64,000 bases of DNA from IMG/VR virus record IMGVR_UViG_3300032053_011398, one strand, 5' to 3'. The notes under the pieces are model-generated. The model was not told the DNA's origin. It worked only from the letters and a program-made list of their open reading frames with translations, and ran no database searches. The position numbers and the translations under genes were made by a program. Each line of letters starts with the position of its first letter. The stretch's first letter is position 1. Positions 62,127 through 64,000 of the stretch are shown here, piece after piece. This DNA is from a virus.

Positions 62127-64000
62127 TTATTCTTCCAGATTTTTCTGCACGACTGGCATTGGAACACCCATCATTTGATACAATTCCTCCTCCGAAATGA
62201 CCCGCGTGCCGTGCTTCCTCGCGCCCTCCGCCTTGTTATTGCCCCCGCCCGTGCCTTGCACCAGGAAGTCCACCTTCTTGGTCACCTGCCCCTTGACGAC
62301 GCCGCCGTTCTGCTCGATCAACGCGCTCACATCATCGCGCCGACCGCTCTGGAGTGCTCCGGTAATGCAGAAAGTTTTTCCACCGAGCACGCCTCCAGCC
62401 TGCTGATCCTCCTCGAAGTAAAATCCACAATCAGCCAACATCTCCAGCTCCTCGATGTTCCGCGTAAAATAGGTCAGCAACTCCGCCGTGGCGACTTTCC
62501 CGATCAGCTCCTCGACTTCGTGCTGGTATTGCTCGATTCGTTGCAGCGGTGACAGCCTTTTTTGCTTTTCGTCCTCCTCGTTGATCGGTCGGCTGAACTT
62601 GGTCGCCAAATCCTGGCAGCTCGTCTTGCCAATGCCCTCAATGCTCAGCGCCGAGAGCTTGCGCCACAGCGGGCCGTTCTTGGCCGCTGCCAGCCCCTCC
62701 CTCATCTTCCTGGCCGTCGCGGGCTTGAGGAAGCTGAAGTCGGCGATGGCGAACAAATCGGATAGTTTCTTAACGCTGGCCTTGTCCATCAACTGGCGCA
62801 CGGTCGTATCCCCGCAGCCGTCGATGTCAAGCGCATCCTTGCTCACCGCGTAAACCAGCCGGGCGAACACCTGGTCATCGCACTCCGGGTTCACACAGTA
62901 GGAATGAACCAGGCCCGTGGGGCGCTCCAGGGGCGTGGAGCAGCAGGGGCAGGTTTTGGGCATCTGGTAGCTCTGGTTGGGGTTCTTTTTGGTCGGCGAG
63001 GGCCGGGCTAAGCCGACCACCTTGGGGATCACTTCGCCGCTGCGCTGGACGAGCACGTAGTCGCCCACGTCGATGCCGAGGCGGTCCAGCTCGTCCTGGT
63101 TGCAGAGCGAAGCGCGGGCCACGACGGCTCCGCCGAGGCTGACCGGCTCCAACTGCGCGACCGGCGTCACCTGGCCGGTCTTGCCCACCTGAACGAGCAC
63201 GCCAGCCAGCCGCGTTTCCTTGGTATCAGGTGGGAACTTATAGGCCGCGCCCCATTTGGGCGCACGCTCGCCCTCACCCAAGTCGCGCTGCTTCTCCATG
63301 GAATTAACCTTGATAACCAGGCCATCGGTGTCCAAATCGAGAGCCTTCCGGTAAGCGTCCAGGTGATGGATGGCCGGGATCAGGTCAGCGTCGGCCATGC
63401 AGGTCGTGTAAGGCAACCCTGGCATGTCCTGGCGCACAGGAAGCGTCATCGTAGTGGGGAAGCCCAAGGTTTCCAGATAGTCGAGCAGCGACTCCTGGGT
63501 GGTGACGCCGGGCGGCAGGTCGGACGGGACGCTATAAGCCGCGAAGCTGAGTTTGCGCTTGGCGACCTCCCTGGAATCCTTGAGCATCATGCTCCCGGAG
63601 GCCCCGTTGCGCGGATTGGCCAACCGGTCATTCTCCGAAACACCCTGATTGTAGGCGCTAAACGAAGACAAACTCCAATAAACCTCGCCGCGCACCTCGA
63701 TGGTCACCGGTTTGCGGAGCGTCAGGGGGATCGAGTGGACGGTGCGAGCATTCTCGGTCACGTCCGCGCCCTCGACGCCGTTGCCACGGGTGAGCGCCTG
63801 GACGAGCTGGCCTTCCCTGTAGCTCAGGTGCAGGCTGAGGCCGTCGATTTTCATTTCGAGGATAACCTCCTCGCTCTCCAGGCCCGCGAAGAAAGTCGCG
63901 GTCTCGTTGGCGTTGTTGATGTTATCTAGCGACAACATCTTGACCTTGTGCCGGATTTTCCGCAACCCGTTGGGGGTCGGACAGCCGACCCGCGTGATAG
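62127..64000 (-). CDS. ligA: NAD-dependent DNA ligase (5' end outside window)
   Basis: MLSLDN, KIDG, TRGNG, EVRGE, DGLVIK, AYKFP, GEVIP, zinc finger, BRCT. Confidence 0.97.
   Translation of the reverse strand, partial: ITRVGCPTPNGLRKIRHKVKMLSLDNINNANETATFFAGLESEEVILEMKIDGLSLHLSYREGQLVQALTRGNGVEGADVTENARTVHSIPLTLRKPVTIEVRGEVYWSLSSFSAYNQGVSENDRLANPRNGASGSMMLKDSREVAKRKLSFAAYSVPSDLPPGVTTQESLLDYLETLGFPTTMTLPVRQDMPGLPYTTCMADADLIPAIHHLDAYRKALDLDTDGLVIKVNSMEKQRDLGEGERAPKWGAAYKFPPDTKETRLAGVLVQVGKTGQVTPVAQLEPVSLGGAVVARASLCNQDELDRLGIDVGDYVLVQRSGEVIPKVVGLARPSPTKKNPNQSYQMPKTCPCCSTPLERPTGLVHSYCVNPECDDQVFARLVYAVSKDALDIDGCGDTTVRQLMDKASVKKLSDLFAIADFSFLKPATARKMREGLAAAKNGPLWRKLSALSIEGIGKTSCQDLATKFSRPINEEDEKQKRLSPLQRIEQYQHEVEELIGKVATAELLTYFTRNIEELEMLADCGFYFEEDQQAGGVLGGKTFCITGALQSGRRDDVSALIEQNGGVVKGQVTKKVDFLVQGTGGGNNKAEGARKHGTRVISEEELYQMMGVPMPVVQKNLEE

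Overview
This 64 kb window is a segment of a large, probably jumbo, T4-like myovirus genome. HU and uracil-DNA glycosylase motifs and the lack of Shine-Dalgarno sites tentatively suggest a PVC/Verrucomicrobiota-type host (inference only). The left 41 kb carries head, neck and tail genes (gp23-like capsid, gp21 protease fused to scaffold, gp13/gp14-like neck, tape measure), recombination genes (RecA/UvsX, UvsY-like, gp32-like SSB, gp46/SbcC), two tandem sigma-like proteins, HU, several glycosyl- and methyltransferases, free-standing homing endonucleases and a perfect parS palindrome. The region ~41.3-62.0 kb is a minus-strand RNA array read by hand: about 40 tRNA genes covering all 20 amino acids, a tmRNA, two circularly permuted tRNA mimics and several unclassified CCA-ending RNAs, interrupted by protein genes. 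The best candidate for an undescribed system is at the head of the array. A sigma70 promoter drives a leaderless 46-codon peptide whose stop codon sits in a perfect 9-bp antiterminator competing with an intrinsic terminator, which looks like a general translation-stress attenuator gating the array. The tRNAs are systematically remodelled: A18/G55 elbows with covariation, Leu tRNAs without a long variable arm, and a D-armless Tyr. Three inteins lie in unusual hosts (SWIM protein, glycosyltransferase, uracil-DNA glycosylase). All family assignments come from motifs read by eye; no database searches were run.
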